64,000 nt of DNA from contig CAVZQN010000006.1 of NCBI GenBank assembly GCA_963777505.1, positions 224,001 to 288,000 on the forward strand, given 5' to 3'. This DNA comes from an uncultured bacterium. GTDB taxonomy: Bacteria > Acidobacteriota > HRBIN11 > JAKEFK01. This document shows positions 31,334 through 43,188 of the stretch, one piece after another. Numbering within the stretch: position 1 is the stretch's first letter; every line of letters begins with the position of its first letter. The translations under genes and the position numbers were made by a program. The notes beneath the pieces were generated by a model. The model saw nothing but the letters and a program-made list of their open reading frames with translations. It was not told where the DNA came from and searched no databases.

Positions 31334-32367
31334 ATGATTCCAGTTGGAATACTTGGCGCAACTGGCAGTGTTGGCCAAAGGTTTGTGCAACTGCTGACAA
31401 GCCATCCATTGTTTGAAATTACTGCACTTGCTGCGTCTGAACGTTCAGCCGGACGGACTTACAAAGAAGTCGTTCATTGGTTTCAATCCACACCTCTGGA
31501 TCCGAAAATTGGCGGTATGACTGTTACCGAATGTTTGCCTACACTTCCTTGCCGCGTTGTTTTTTCTGCGCTTGATTCAAGCATTGCAGGTGAAGTTGAG
31601 GAGCAATTTGCGCGCAGCGGTTATTTCGTTTTTTCCAACAGCCGAAATCATCGAATGGATTCAGATGTTCCGTTGCTGATTCCAGAAGTAAATCCCGATC
31701 ACCTTCAACTCATTGCGACTCAACAATTCGGCAAAGGAGCAATCGTTACAAATCCAAATTGTTCAGCGATTGGTTTGACAATGACGCTCAAGCCGCTTGT
31801 GGATCGCTTTGGAGTCAGTCAAGTCAATGTTGTAACTCTTCAGGCCTTATCAGGCGCGGGCTATCCGGGCGTTGCGAGTCTCGACATTGTGGATAATATC
31901 GTTCCATTCATTTCGGGTGAGGAAGAAAAAATGGAAACGGAACCATTGAAAATTCTTGGGAAATACACAGGGAAGGCGATCGAATTCGCCAAAATTGCGA
32001 TTAGTGCTTCATGTAATCGAGTTGCGGTTCAGGATGGTCATTCAGAATGCGTTTCAATCAAGCTTGCATCAAAAGCAACTTTTGAAGAAGTGAAATCAGG
32101 CCTGGAATGAATTTTCTGCTGAACCTCAGCAATCTGAAACTTCCAACTGCACCTTTGCGTCCGATTTATTATTTTGATGAACCTAATTATCCGCAGCCGA
32201 AACTTCATCGAAATCTGGATAAAGGAATGGCTGTCAGTATTGGACGGCTACGGAAGTGTCCTTTGTTAGATTACAAATTTGTTTTACTGTCACATAATAC
32301 AATCCGTGGTGCAGCAGGGGGTGCAATTTTAAATGCAGAACTGGCACTTCAAAAGGGACTTCTCTAA
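31334..32367 (+). CDS. asd: Aspartate-semialdehyde dehydrogenase (archaeal/fungal-type; apparent frameshift near 32100)
   Basis: [38 protein letters not shown]. Confidence 0.9.
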
Positions 32368-32393
32368 ATCAAGACCTAAAAACGGGAGATCAA

Positions 32394-33258
32394 ATGCGAA
32401 AAGTTCTTTTCTTAGTTCTATCACTCTTGCCTTTTTTGCTTAGCAGGCTGTTTTGAATCAAAAGAAGAATATGTGTTGAATCCGGATGGCTCTGGAAAAG
32501 TAATCATCGTTGGTTCATTTGAAACCGGAATGCCAGGAGCGCCTCCAAGTACTGACCCAAAAGATGCTTCCAAGACAGGTGAAGGAGCTGCTGGAAAAAT
32601 CGAAGGGAATCGATGCATGGACAAATGTGACCTACGAACAAACCAAAGAAGGACGCATCGCGTTTAAAGGTACAGCTTACTTTCCGAAAATTTCCAGTTT
32701 GGATTTAGAAACTTTTGGTAAGGAGGCCACATTCACAAAAGAAGGAAATAGTTTAATGCTGCAAATTGAAGATAGGGAGGACGGTGACGAACCTCCTACA
32801 AAGCCGACCCAGGCTGAAATTAAGAGCTCAGATCGAGCAGTGCAAAACAAGAGTGGAAGCAAATGAAAGCGATGATGGGTCCAATTCTTGAAAAAATAAA
32901 ACAGGAATTAATTTACAAACTGCCATCGGCTGTGGAGTCTTCGACGAACATGAAAAAAATCGACGCAACAACAGTTAGCGTTCAAATGGATGGAGCTAAG
33001 TTGATTGCTGCGATGGATTCAATGATGGGTGATGATGCATGGCTCAAAAAACAAGCAGAAGAAGGAAGATTCGCACCAGGCGGAAGCGGTCCTGCAATGG
33101 ATGAGGAAGTGAATGCAAGAATGTTTGGAGAACGAGGACCGATTATGGTCAAAATTTCAGCAGCAGCGAAGCCACAATTTGATTACAAAAAAGAAGTGGA
33201 TGCCGCGAAAGCTGGCTACGCAAAATTTCTGGAAAAACTCACAAGCGATTCACAATAA
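32394..33258 (+). CDS. Putative lipoprotein (apparent frameshifts)
   Basis: RBS GGAG; lipobox LAGC followed by ...LNPDGSGK; continues through ORFs 32510 and 32863. Confidence 0.55.
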
Positions 33259-33371
33259 GTAATTTCGTTCGATTAAAGTACCCGTTTGTTCGTAAAAAAT
33301 AGACTTTCATGTCGAACAAACTTTATTCTTCTACTTCAATGCAATAATTGTAAAAGCTTTTGGTGTCCTGC

Positions 33372-34658
33372 ATGAGAAAGTTTTGTTTATTGATTCTGCT
33401 TTTTTCAGTAACTCTTTTTGCGACACCACTTCCTGTAAAAAGAACTATTTTTGCAGCCAGACAATCGGTCCAATTTAAAGTTCATCCAGACTTTTCAATG
33501 AATACCAGAACAAATCAGGCTCTTGCCGTTTGGGAGCGTCACCCTGGCAATCATCCCGGCCATAGCACATGGGGGCGTCTGATTAGTCGCCCAGGGAAAT
33601 GCAGTAGGTTCAGAATTTCAAATTGTGTCAGGCCCAAATACCTACTACCCTTCAGCAGATTACAATTCTGCGTTAAATGAATTTGGCCTGACATTTTCAA
33701 ACGAGCCACGAGCTCATTTCGTTGTTTACGTTCAAAGACTCAAAGCGAATGGACGTCCCATTGGAACGCCAATACAGGTATCAACTGATGATCCAGGATC
33801 CGCCTTTATCAATGATTTTCCTAATATTGTTTTTAATAGCGGAACAGGGAACTATACAGTCTTCTGGCTTCGCAATGGTTCGGAAGCAGGACTGTATGGA
33901 GCCGTCTTGCGTGGCGATTTAAGTTTTGTAAACCGGGGCATTTTTATTCGAAGAACTGAAGATGCAGAAAGTCTTCCACGTGCACCGATCATTTTAGATC
34001 TCGCTTATCATCCACTGACAGGTAAGATTGTGATTTTGTTTTTTCAATATCGTCCGGGATTTGGAACGACTTCAACCCCGGATTTAGATTATTTTCTTGG
34101 TGTGTTTAACCAGGATCTTTCCGGAATTCAGCCTTCAAATTTTCAAAAAATAAATCCGAAACGTTGTCAAAGGAAATGGTATCGGGCAGATCGATTTTTT
34201 ACCAGATGGAACAGGGATCGTTGCGTATGGAGATTCTTCTAATATCAAACTTCGAAAAATTTCGCCCGCGTTGAAATTAATTGGCCCTGCTTATCCCGCT
34301 TTTAAATCTCCATTAACAAACCAGAAGTTATTTCATCCCGTGATTACCTTCTCAAATGGTGCTTCAGGAATTCAGGGAATCATCCTCGCCGCGCAAGATC
34401 CACTTAACAATGAAGGGAATGGAACGATTTGGGCTCAGATGTTAAATGCACAAGGCCGGCCTTTGGGATCCCCTTTTTCGATCGAAAAAGAATTTTGATC
34501 GAATGGGTGGACAAGATTTGATTCCATTACGGTTAAGTCCAACATCGACCACTTATCGTTTTGTGTCAGTTTACGTGCAAGGTGTGCAGCAAAATCTTCC
34601 GCCAGCTCAGAATGAATCCTCAGGTTTGGTTCTTTTGAACTTCGGTTTTACAAACTGA
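33372..34658 (+). CDS. Secreted hypothetical protein (apparent frameshifts)
   Basis: Signal peptide MRKFCLLILLFSVTLFA; overlapping beta-rich fragments in changing frames. Confidence 0.5.
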
Positions 34659-34866
34659 TTCCTGGGCGTCTTTGCGGTAAATCTTTTCGGATAGACCAGC
34701 ACAATCGCTTAGCTCAACGACGTTGCCACTTCTGATTGTGAAAAGCTTCACTCTCGTCGAGAAATCCTTACGACACCGTTACTGGCATGATCGATTGCTC
34801 AGCCCTGGCTGAGGCAACTTTATGACAAGAACCACCGAAAATGATAAAGACGTCCGGGAGGACACT

Positions 34867-35028
34867 ATGAGTAATCGTCGAACATTGCGTAAAGCGATCG
34901 CTGATGTTTTGAAGCAGGCTTCTGTATCTGAAACAAAAAAGCAAAATGAGGCGTTAGAACAGGACCATACAGGTTCTGAACGCACTTCAAAAGTTGCGCG
35001 GCCTCTTCGTTACGACCGCGGAGAATGA
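34867..35028 (+). CDS. Small hypothetical protein (53 aa)
   Basis: Strong RBS GGGAGGA before ATG 34867. Confidence 0.4.
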   Translation: MSNRRTLRKAIADVLKQASVSETKKQNEALEQDHTGSERTSKVARPLRYDRGE

Positions 35029-35119
35029 CAGTGAAAATGTTACTCGGCATTTCAGGACTCTGTATCTCGATTGAAACTCTGCAGTAACTTTTGTATTGCT
35101 AATCCAGCCCTTTAATCCT

Positions 35120-35175
35120 CTCCCCTTGACAATCTACAGGAGCGAGATTATTCTTCTGTAGAACGTCTAGGGGAG
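35120..35175 (+). promoter_or_regulatory. sigma70 promoter overlapped by a 23-bp inverted repeat (putative PadR operator)
   Basis: TTGACA(35126)-N17-TATTCT; arms CTCCCCTTGACAATCTACAGGAG / CTTCTGTAGAACGTCTAGGGGAG match 19/23. Confidence 0.7.
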
Positions 35176-35178
35176 TCA

Positions 35179-35514
35179 ATGAGTGAAACAAAAACTGAAT
35201 TGCTGCAAGGCACATTAGACATGTTGATTCTGAAAACTATTGCCCTGGAGCCGATGCATGGCTATGGGATAGCGGTAAGGATTCAGCAAATCTCAAAGGA
35301 AGTTCTTCGCGTGAATCAGGGTTCGCTTTATCCCGCGTTACGTCGTCTCGAAAAGCGGGCATTGATTGAAGCGGAATGGGGTGAATCAGAAAATAATCGC
35401 CGCGCAAGATTTTACAAGCTGACGAAAGCGGGACGCAAACATCTTTCCCAGGAGACGCAAGAATGGGAAAAGCTTGTGGAAGCTGTTTCTCGAATTTTGC
35501 AGACACAAAGCTAG
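35179..35514 (+). CDS. PadR family transcriptional regulator (acidobacterial type)
   Basis: [17 protein letters not shown]...[12 protein letters not shown]...[13 protein letters not shown]. Confidence 0.93.
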   Translation: MSETKTELLQGTLDMLILKTIALEPMHGYGIAVRIQQISKEVLRVNQGSLYPALRRLEKRALIEAEWGESENNRRARFYKLTKAGRKHLSQETQEWEKLVEAVSRILQTQS

Positions 35515-35520
35515 TACGCT

Positions 35521-38190
35521 ATGCAATTACTTTCTCGCCTCAAACAATATTGGAACGATTTATTTTCGCGAAAGCGCAATGAAGCGGAATTAGATGAGGA
35601 ATTTGCCTTCCATCTTGAGATGCAAGAAAAAGAAAATCTTCGCGCAGGAATGTCATCCGAAAGTGCATCACGCGCGGCCTTGATCGAATTTGGTGGAGTT
35701 GAGCAAATCAAGGAAGAAGTTCGTGGTCAGCGTCTGGGGTTTTGGTTAGAAACAATTTTTAAAGATGGAGTCTTCGGAGTTCGAATGCTACGCAAGACTC
35801 CCGCTTTGACGTTTGTTTCTTTAATTACATTGTCTCTTGCAATTGGTGCCTGTACGGCTCTATTCAGCATTTATAACGCAATCCTGTTGCGCCCTTTGCC
35901 GTATCCGGAGCCGCAAGAGTTGGTGCAGATCTGGGATACAAACAAATCAAAAGGCATTACAAAAATTGGTATAAGCGCTGGAAACGTTGAAGATTGGAAA
36001 GAACGTTCACGAGGCTTGAATGGAATTGCTGCCTACTACACGATGGGCCGCACTCTAACAGATGCGAATCAATCTGAAGTCGTTTTGACAACTCAAGTCA
36101 GCGCAGATTTCTTTCGCGTTTTTCGCACGGATCCATTTTTAGGCCGTACATTTTCGGAAAAGGAATCACAGGAAGCCAAATACAATAACGCGCTTGGCGC
36201 AATGAATTCTGATCCGGTTGTTGTGTTAAGCCACAGTTTATGGCAGCGACGCTTCGGAAGTGACCCTCAAATTCTTGGCAAAAATATCGTTCTTGATCGC
36301 CGAATGTGGAAAGTCATCGGTGTGATGCCGGAACATTTTGCAATGCCACAACCCGGAATTCAGTTATGGATCCCATGGGGGCTGCGTCATGATTTAGCTC
36401 GCGATCAGCATTACGCAGGCGGAGTTGCTCGTTTAGCTTCTGGAATGACTCTTTCCCAGGCGGAAGATCAAATGAATCGCATCGCACAACAGCTTGCATC
36501 TGAATTTCCTGAATCGAATTCTGGATGGGGTGTTCGACTGATTCCATTACATGAGTCGATGATTGGCGATGTGAAGCAAACATTGTGGGTGTTGATGTCG
36601 GCAGTCGGTCTGGTGATGTTAATTGCATGCGTTAATGTTGCGATTTTGCAGCTTAGCAGAGCAAGTGCTCGCATTCATGAAAGCTCAGTAAGGCTTGCGC
36701 TTGGCGCATCGCGCGGACGTTTAATCCGACAATTCATGATCGAAAGTTTGATTCTTGCAATTGCAGGCGGACTCCTGGGACTTACGATTGCGTATGTCTG
36801 CATCGATTGGCTTCAGAAAATTCAGCCGAGTCTTCCAAGACTTTCAGAGGCCTCAATCGATGGTTCTGTTCTTTTCATTTCTTTTGCAATTACAACTCTC
36901 GCAGCACTGTTGTTTGGCCTGGTGCCAGCTTTTGTTGGTGCCGGAAATAAGAAACAGCAAGTCATTCAGGCTGATGGATTGCGTTCTACATCGCGGGCTT
37001 CTACGCAGCGTTTGCGCAGCATTCTTGTTGCGATTGAAGTCGCACTTGCAGTGGTTTTACTTGCATCATCCGGAATGTTGATCCGCAGTTTTATTCGATT
37101 GCAGGCTGTTGATCCAGGATTTAATCCCAACAATGTTCTTGTAGTTCCAATTTTTCTGGACATGGAAAAATATGGTTCGGGTGAAAAATCTCGCGGATAT
37201 TACAAGCGTTTGATCGCTGATCTGCAAGCGTTGCCTGGAGTGACTTCGGTTGGTGGAGCTACTGCGCTGCCTGCGAGTCCGCTTGGGCCGGACTTTGAAC
37301 GTCCAGTGTGGAGTCATGAGAGTCTGCCAGTAGAACAAAATAAGAAAAGTGCAGATGTCAGAATGGTAACCACAGATTATTTCCGCACATTACAAATTCC
37401 CATCGTGAAAGGTCGCCCTTTTTCAACGCTTGATGGTCCTGAGGCGCCATCGGTTGTGGTCATCAATGAATCTCTTGCGCGCCAAATCTGGCCTGGTGGT
37501 GATGCGATCGGCAGGAAAATCGTCGTTGATTATAGCTCCGCAGGCACGTATCCATACGAAGTTGTCGGAATCGTAAATGATGTTCGTTTTTACGGATTAC
37601 GGAGTCAGCCGCGACCTGAAATTTATTTCCATCATCCTCAACGTCCCTATCTGATTTTGAACATCGCAGTTCGTACAAAAAATGATCCACGTTTATTGAT
37701 CGGACCAGTTCGCAAAGTCCTTCAAATGATTGATCCTCAAAAGCCGCCGCACAACATCACGCCATTGGAGGATCTGGTGGATGCGACTGTTGTGCGCGAT
37801 CGATATGCAATGATGCTTGTATCAAGTTTTGCAATCGTTGCATTAATGCTTGCGTTGCTTGGAATTTATGGAGTGCTTGCATTTTATGTGCGTCAAAGGA
37901 TTCAGGAAATAGGAATTCGATTAGCACTCGGCGCAAGTCAAAACCAGATTGTGAGTTGGATAGCATTGCAAAGTGCGCGCTTGATTCTTTTTGGAGTTGC
38001 TGCAGGACTGTTTGCAGCAATCTTGTTTACGCGATTGCTAACCGGAATGTTGTACGAAGTCAGCCCTTTTGATGTTTCATCGCTTGTTGCTGCCGCTTTC
38101 GCATTAATCGTCGCAGCATTTGCAGCAACATGGATCCCCGCCCGCCGTGCATCCCGAATCGATCCTTCCATTGCCCTGCGATACGAATAA
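35521..38190 (+). CDS. ADOP-type duplicated ABC permease
   Basis: ELDEEFAFHLEM N-terminus; two MacB_PCD/FtsX halves; PARRASRIDPSIALRYE; directly follows PadR. Confidence 0.9.
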   Translation: MQLLSRLKQYWNDLFSRKRNEAELDEEFAFHLEMQEKENLRAGMSSESASRAALIEFGGVEQIKEEVRGQRLGFWLETIFKDGVFGVRMLRKTPALTFVSLITLSLAIGACTALFSIYNAILLRPLPYPEPQELVQIWDTNKSKGITKIGISAGNVEDWKERSRGLNGIAAYYTMGRTLTDANQSEVVLTTQVSADFFRVFRTDPFLGRTFSEKESQEAKYNNALGAMNSDPVVVLSHSLWQRRFGSDPQILGKNIVLDRRMWKVIGVMPEHFAMPQPGIQLWIPWGLRHDLARDQHYAGGVARLASGMTLSQAEDQMNRIAQQLASEFPESNSGWGVRLIPLHESMIGDVKQTLWVLMSAVGLVMLIACVNVAILQLSRASARIHESSVRLALGASRGRLIRQFMIESLILAIAGGLLGLTIAYVCIDWLQKIQPSLPRLSEASIDGSVLFISFAITTLAALLFGLVPAFVGAGNKKQQVIQADGLRSTSRASTQRLRSILVAIEVALAVVLLASSGMLIRSFIRLQAVDPGFNPNNVLVVPIFLDMEKYGSGEKSRGYYKRLIADLQALPGVTSVGGATALPASPLGPDFERPVWSHESLPVEQNKKSADVRMVTTDYFRTLQIPIVKGRPFSTLDGPEAPSVVVINESLARQIWPGGDAIGRKIVVDYSSAGTYPYEVVGIVNDVRFYGLRSQPRPEIYFHHPQRPYLILNIAVRTKNDPRLLIGPVRKVLQMIDPQKPPHNITPLEDLVDATVVRDRYAMMLVSSFAIVALMLALLGIYGVLAFYVRQRIQEIGIRLALGASQNQIVSWIALQSARLILFGVAAGLFAAILFTRLLTGMLYEVSPFDVSSLVAAAFALIVAAFAATWIPARRASRIDPSIALRYE

Positions 38191-38239
38191 AATTAACCAC
38201 AAAGACACAAATATAATTGTCGTGTTATGTGGTGATTTA

Positions 38240-40554
38240 ATGCGATATAGCGCCGGAATTTTTTGTATAGCTGCCTCGACGTTATTGCTTGAGGTCACTT
38301 TGTCCCGCATTTTTTCCGTTTTGTTCTTTCATCATTTTGCATTCTTAATCATCAGTACCGCATTGTTCGGATTCGGATTCAGTGGAGTTTATTTATTCTT
38401 TCGAAAACCCTCACCTAAGAAACTCAATTTCCATCTCGCACTTTCATCGTTGTTGTTTGCTTTGAGTACACTCATTGTTTACCGGATCATCCTGTATGTT
38501 CCAGGTGGAACCAGCGCAGTCTTGCAACAGCCTGAACAGATAATACGGTTGTTGGCACACTATGCTCTGCTCGCAATTCCCTTTTATTTTTCCGGATATG
38601 TTGTCGGGTCAATATTGAGTTCATTTCCACAAGAATCAGGGAAGCTGTATGGATTTGATTTGATTGGAGCTTCTCTAGGAAGTCTTTCCGTTCTGTGGCT
38701 TGTGCCAGCAGCTGGCGGATCGGGTGCAGTGGTTATAGGGTCACTGATTGCTGGACTTGCTGCCTTAATTTTTTCATATAAGCATAAGATTCTCTTCTCA
38801 TTTTCTTTAGTTTTTGTTGCTGCTGGAATATTTGTTCTCTTGCAAGTGGAAAAAATTTTCCCATTTCCAATTCAACGGATCGTAGAAAGCAAATATGGCG
38901 GACGTCACGCGAGAGCTGAAATACCAGAATATTCTTCATGGAGTCCCGTTTCACGAATTGATGTTTATCCAGCAACGGGCCGCAACAAAATCATGTTGTT
39001 AGATGGCGGATCGAATGTCTCGTTTCTGGTGCCTTTTGATGGCAAAGAACTTCAGCCGCGTTACAACTTTAGGGTCGTTCCATTTGCAATCGATCATCGT
39101 TCCAGTGCTTGCATTATCGGTCCTGGAGGCGGTGAAGATGTTCTAAACGCGCTGTCATACAAAGTTGAATCCATTGACGCTGTTGAAATGGATCCTCTAA
39201 TCGTTGATCTCGTTCAAGGTCATTATCGTGAGTTCATCGGAGGCATCTTTAATTATCCTGGCGTCAGGACAGTCAATGATGAAGGAAGAAGTTATCTTGC
39301 GAAGATCCGGACGGCAATTCGATCTTATTCAGCAGGTACATAACATCTCTCCCATGGCTCTTGCATCGGGAGCGCTAAATTTATCGGAAAGTTATCTTCT
39401 TACAAAAGAAGCCTTCCACGAATACTGGGATCATCTAAAACCTGACGGCATGCTGGCAATTAACCGCTGGGGTGTTGTACGTGCTGCTTCAACTGTTTCT
39501 GTTGTTTTGCAAGAAGAAGGAATTCAAGATCCGGAAAATTATGTCGTTGTAACTTCCCGGAAGAAAAGTGGGGCCGACACGAGTTTTTATTTGAAGAAAG
39601 GAAAACTCAGCAATGAGGATTTGAACGCATTAATAAAATCTCTAGATAATTCTTGGTCTACAAATTGACTATGCTCCTTTGCCAAGGTGGCAGAAAAAAC
39701 AAAATGTTTACTATCGTTTGCTGGCCATTAACAGCCGCGATGAATTCATACGTCAATCAGATCTAGATTTATCGCCTCCCACAGATGACCGTCCGTTCTT
39801 TGATCATTTTCAAAGGTTCGGCAGCTTTCAGAAAAGCACTTCCATACTTCCCAATGAGCTGAATCGTGCTCTTCAGTTTGTAAACATCGGTGATCTTGCG
39901 CTGGTGACTTTGTTGGGAGAGGCTGCTGTCCTTTCATTTCTATTTATTCTTGTTCCTGTTATCCGTTTTGGAAAACGTCCCGCCGCGATTTCTCGCTGGA
40001 GCGTACTTGCATACTTTTTGGCGCTGGGATTCGGTTTCATCCTGATTGAGATCTCGTTGATTCAAAAACACATTTTGTTTTTAGGACAGCCTGTATATTC
40101 AATTACTTCGGTTTTGTGTTCGATCCTCCTTTCTGCGGGCATAGGAAGTTATCTATTTCAACGGATTTTTCGTGAGGGATCTGAATCGCGATGGCTCACA
40201 ATGCTGCCAATTGCTCTTGGCCTTCTATTGACGTTTGAACTTGTATTAATGCCCATTGTGTTTCGAACGTTTTTAGGAGCAGAAAAAGTGTTGCGATTTT
40301 GCATTTCGGGATTGCTAGTTGCTCCGATGGGACTCATCCTTGGAATACCGTTTCCGCTGGGTATCCGAATTCTTGGAAATAAAGCGCCTGAAGCAATCCC
40401 ATGGGGCTGGGCACTCAACGCATATGCTACTGTAATCGGGTCGATTCTATCTGTAATTCTTGCGATTACATTTGGATTCCGGATGAATTTTATTCTTGCG
40501 TTCGTTGTTTACGGAATTGGATTTCTTACGTTCCGTGTTTCAGTAAAGAAATAA
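38240..40554 (+). CDS. Membrane protein with spermidine-synthase-like SAM-binding domain (two apparent frameshifts)
   Basis: N- and C-terminal TM blocks; IIGPGGGEDV, AVEMDP, DEGRSY, PTDDRPFF. Confidence 0.78.
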
Positions 40555-40589
40555 ATTCTTAGTTAAATTGAGGTTCTGTGTGCTCAAAT

Positions 40590-41901
40590 TCAATTGAGAA
40601 GCCGCATAATTTCACGGAATCCTTTTTCAACTGCATAGTCCATTGCGGTTTTTCCCTCAGAATTGATTGGTTTTTTGTCGGCACCCGCACGAATGAGCAT
40701 TTCTGAAATCAATTGATCTCCGTTTTTAGCCGCCTGTATGAGCGCTGTATTTCCGCAATTATCAACGATGTTAAGATCTGCACCTGCTTCGATGAGCTCC
40801 ATGGCAATTCTTTGATGTTTGTTTGATATTGCCGACATCAAAGCTGTGTTTCCTCCGTGATCTCTTCGATCCAGGTCAGCTCCAGCATTAATTAATTGTT
40901 TGACAACCAGCTCAAAATCACCTGGTGTTGCGCCAATGATCTCCAGAGCTTCGTCAGGATAATCTGTTGCAGCAATTAATGGAGTTTGCTCATAGACAGA
41001 TCCCTCATTTATATCGGCTCCTCTTTGTATCATCAGACGGACAACCGATGATTTTCCAATCGATGCAGCACTGTATATCGGTAGGCCATGCAAAATCATT
41101 TTTGGATGTTTATCCAAAATCAATTCAAGTAGTTCCAAGTTACCAAGGCCGACCGCATGACCCCATGACTGTTCACCGTCATCGGTGAAAAATTCAGGAT
41201 TAGCACCTTGTTTAACAAATTGGATGGCTCTAGCACTCTGTTTCTTTTGCAAAGCATCATATAAGTCATAATCAATCTTGTTGAAGCCGTACACGATGTT
41301 GCGAAGATCATGAACGATCCGTAAAATATCTTCATCGCCTTCGGTGCAACCAAGAACGAAATCAGTCTTCCTTGACTCCATTTGCAAAGAAACTTCATAC
41401 CCTGTGCCGTCAAGACAAATTAAGTCTCTTGGTTGGGGAGGCAGCTCAAAGTCCCAAATAAATCGAATCTTACTTTCGAGGCTGTTACTTGGCGGTAAAG
41501 AGATCTGCCACCGCTTGACCTTCAACATACCAATGGCGCTATTCAACTCAAGGTTAGGGTATGTTTCCTTCAATTTCCTCTAACTGACTCGAAATCTTTC
41601 CATGAGTTGGTGCGACAGCAAACACCTTCACGGTACGATCAGGATTTCTAATAAACGTAAATTGCAATTCATCAAAAAACGATGGAGTGATCCTTACACT
41701 TAATATCCACTGTTTATTTTGCGCTGATTGAGCGTCTAACAATGGCATGACAGCATCCAATGCTATGTCATAGTTTTGTCCGGCCCAGTTCAGAGGAACA
41801 TCGAAGTAAGGCGGGCATTTTTGAAAATGAGGTGTTGAAGGTGAGGCCAGTCTTGCAGTGCTGATCATTAACAGCAAAACGACGATTACTATCTTGCTCA
41901 T
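40590..41901 (-). CDS. Secreted ankyrin-repeat protein (apparent frameshift near 41573)
   Basis: Signal peptide MSKIVIVVLLLMIS at 41901; joins ORF 40590..41573 at an A-run; GNTALMSA, GNTALIQA and GKTAMDYA ankyrin motifs. Confidence 0.75.
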
Positions 41902-41920
41902 TCGAGAAATTATCTTATAA

Positions 41921-42128
41921 CTTTGCGTCTCTGCGGTTAAATGCGAAAGGGGAGACTCGAACTCCCACCCCTTACGGGACTGGATCCTAAGTCCAGCGCG
42001 TCTGCCAATTCCGCCACTTTCGCGAGTGAATAATCTTAAACCACTAAGACGCAAAGAGTAAGCACCAAAAGAAAAACCGCAGAGAAGGCTGAACTCATAG
42101 AATGAATTTTCTGCGTTCTCTGCGGTTG
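41921..42128. repeat. Cluster of AACCGCAGAGACGCA-type dispersed repeats around tRNA-Leu
   Basis: Copies at 41921(-), 42039(+), 42075(+), 42109(-); further copies elsewhere in the window. Confidence 0.7.
41942..42023 (-). tRNA. tRNA-Leu (TAG)
   Basis: GCGAAAGTGGCGGAATTGGCAGACGCGCTGGAC-TTAGGA-TCCAG...GTTCGAGTC...CTTTCGCA; long variable arm. Confidence 0.95.
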
Positions 42129-42131
42129 AGC

Positions 42132-42667
42132 TTAACGACGCCGGATGCCACCTCTGTAGCCGCTGCCACCTCTGTAGCCGCTGCCACCTCTGTAGCCGCT
42201 GCCACCTCTGTAGCCGCTGCCACCTCTGTAGCCGCTGCTACCTCTGCCGTGTTTCCGCTGTATCCTCTGTATCCAGAATGTTGTTTCTGAATCGGCCGGT
42301 TGTAGCGACTTCCGTAATATCCGTTTCGATACCCGTGACCATAGTTTCTGTAGCCATGGTTTCGATAACCATAACCATAGTTTCGATAGCCATAACCGTA
42401 GTTACTATAACCATAGTACGGTCGGTAGTAACCATACGGATTATATCCATATCCATACCCATATCCGTAATAAGGCGGATAATAGTTATAGTACGGAGCG
42501 TAATAGCCTGGAGAGCCATAAGAAAATCCGAAACCAAAGGATGGGTAATACCCGCCGCAATAGCCCGAATTGTATCCGTAGTAACCTGAAGCAGACGAAG
42601 ACTCAACGGAGCACAACAAAATAGCTGCAACAAAAAAGGCAGCAACTCCGAACTTCTTCATACTCAC
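42132..42667 (-). CDS. Secreted Tyr/Gly-rich low-complexity protein with C-terminal SGYRGG repeats (apparent frameshift near 42252)
   Basis: RBS GGAGG, signal peptide, GY-rich body; the repeat frame reads SGYRGG x5 then IRRR* (stop at 42132). Confidence 0.65.
42147..42236. repeat. Five perfect 18-bp tandem repeats
   Basis: GCCACCTCTGTAGCCGCT x5 plus a degenerate sixth copy. Confidence 0.95.
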
Positions 42668-42793
42668 ACCTCCTGGTTCATATTATAGATCTCAAACCGC
42701 AGGTATTCCCAATGTTTCACCACCGGACACGAGGAATCCCGAAAATGAACGTGTCGGGGCGAATCCTCCCAAGCTCATCCTCGACAAAACTGT

Positions 42794-42809
42794 TGGCAAA
42801 TCTCTTGCT
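42794..42809 (+). promoter_or_regulatory. sigma54 (-24/-12) promoter
   Basis: TGGCAAATCTCTTGCT, GG-N10-GC spacing. Confidence 0.55.
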
Positions 42810-42824
42810 ATAGAGTCGTTTGTT

Positions 42825-43106
42825 ATGAGAGACAAAATGGTATTAATTACTGCACTGCTCCTGGCGATGATGCTTTTTGCACTGCAGAACTTCTTAAAAC
42901 AGAACCTATTGTCTCCTTCCAACTTGGAAACAGTAGGAAAGTTCCAGCGGATGTTCCAGGTCAGCGGAATTGTTAGCCCTTTTGAATTTGTACCTCAAGT
43001 TCATCCGATCGCAAATAAGAAGAATCCTGCACGAAAAAATCCAGTTGTTGCGTGTCCAAAGCATCGTGAAGTTTTGCCTTGCGCTAGCATGCGAACCGCT
43101 ACCTAA
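42825..43106 (+). CDS. Small membrane-anchored hypothetical protein
   Basis: N-terminal hydrophobic helix; lies just downstream of a sigma54-type promoter. Confidence 0.4.
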   Translation: MRDKMVLITALLLAMMLFALQNFLKQNLLSPSNLETVGKFQRMFQVSGIVSPFEFVPQVHPIANKKNPARKNPVVACPKHREVLPCASMRTAT

Positions 43107-43188
43107 ATTTTTGCAAGTTTGCAAAATAAATTTACTATTCAGCAAAATCGCCCCCTGATTTTTCTACCGTACCGTCGTGCCGCCAGAT

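Noticed and set aside
34783-34799. sigma54 promoter TGGCATGATCGATTGCT before the small ORF
   Set aside because: GG-to-GC spacing is 11, not 10. It could be an indel error but cannot be supported as is.
41554-42054. 166-aa ORF as listed in the track
   Set aside because: Its first ~50 codons are a translation of tRNA-Leu; the real part starts at 41901 and belongs to the ankyrin gene.
42147-42236. 18-bp repeats as a CRISPR array
   Set aside because: The copies are directly adjacent with no spacers, there are no cas genes, and the repeat lies within a coding region.
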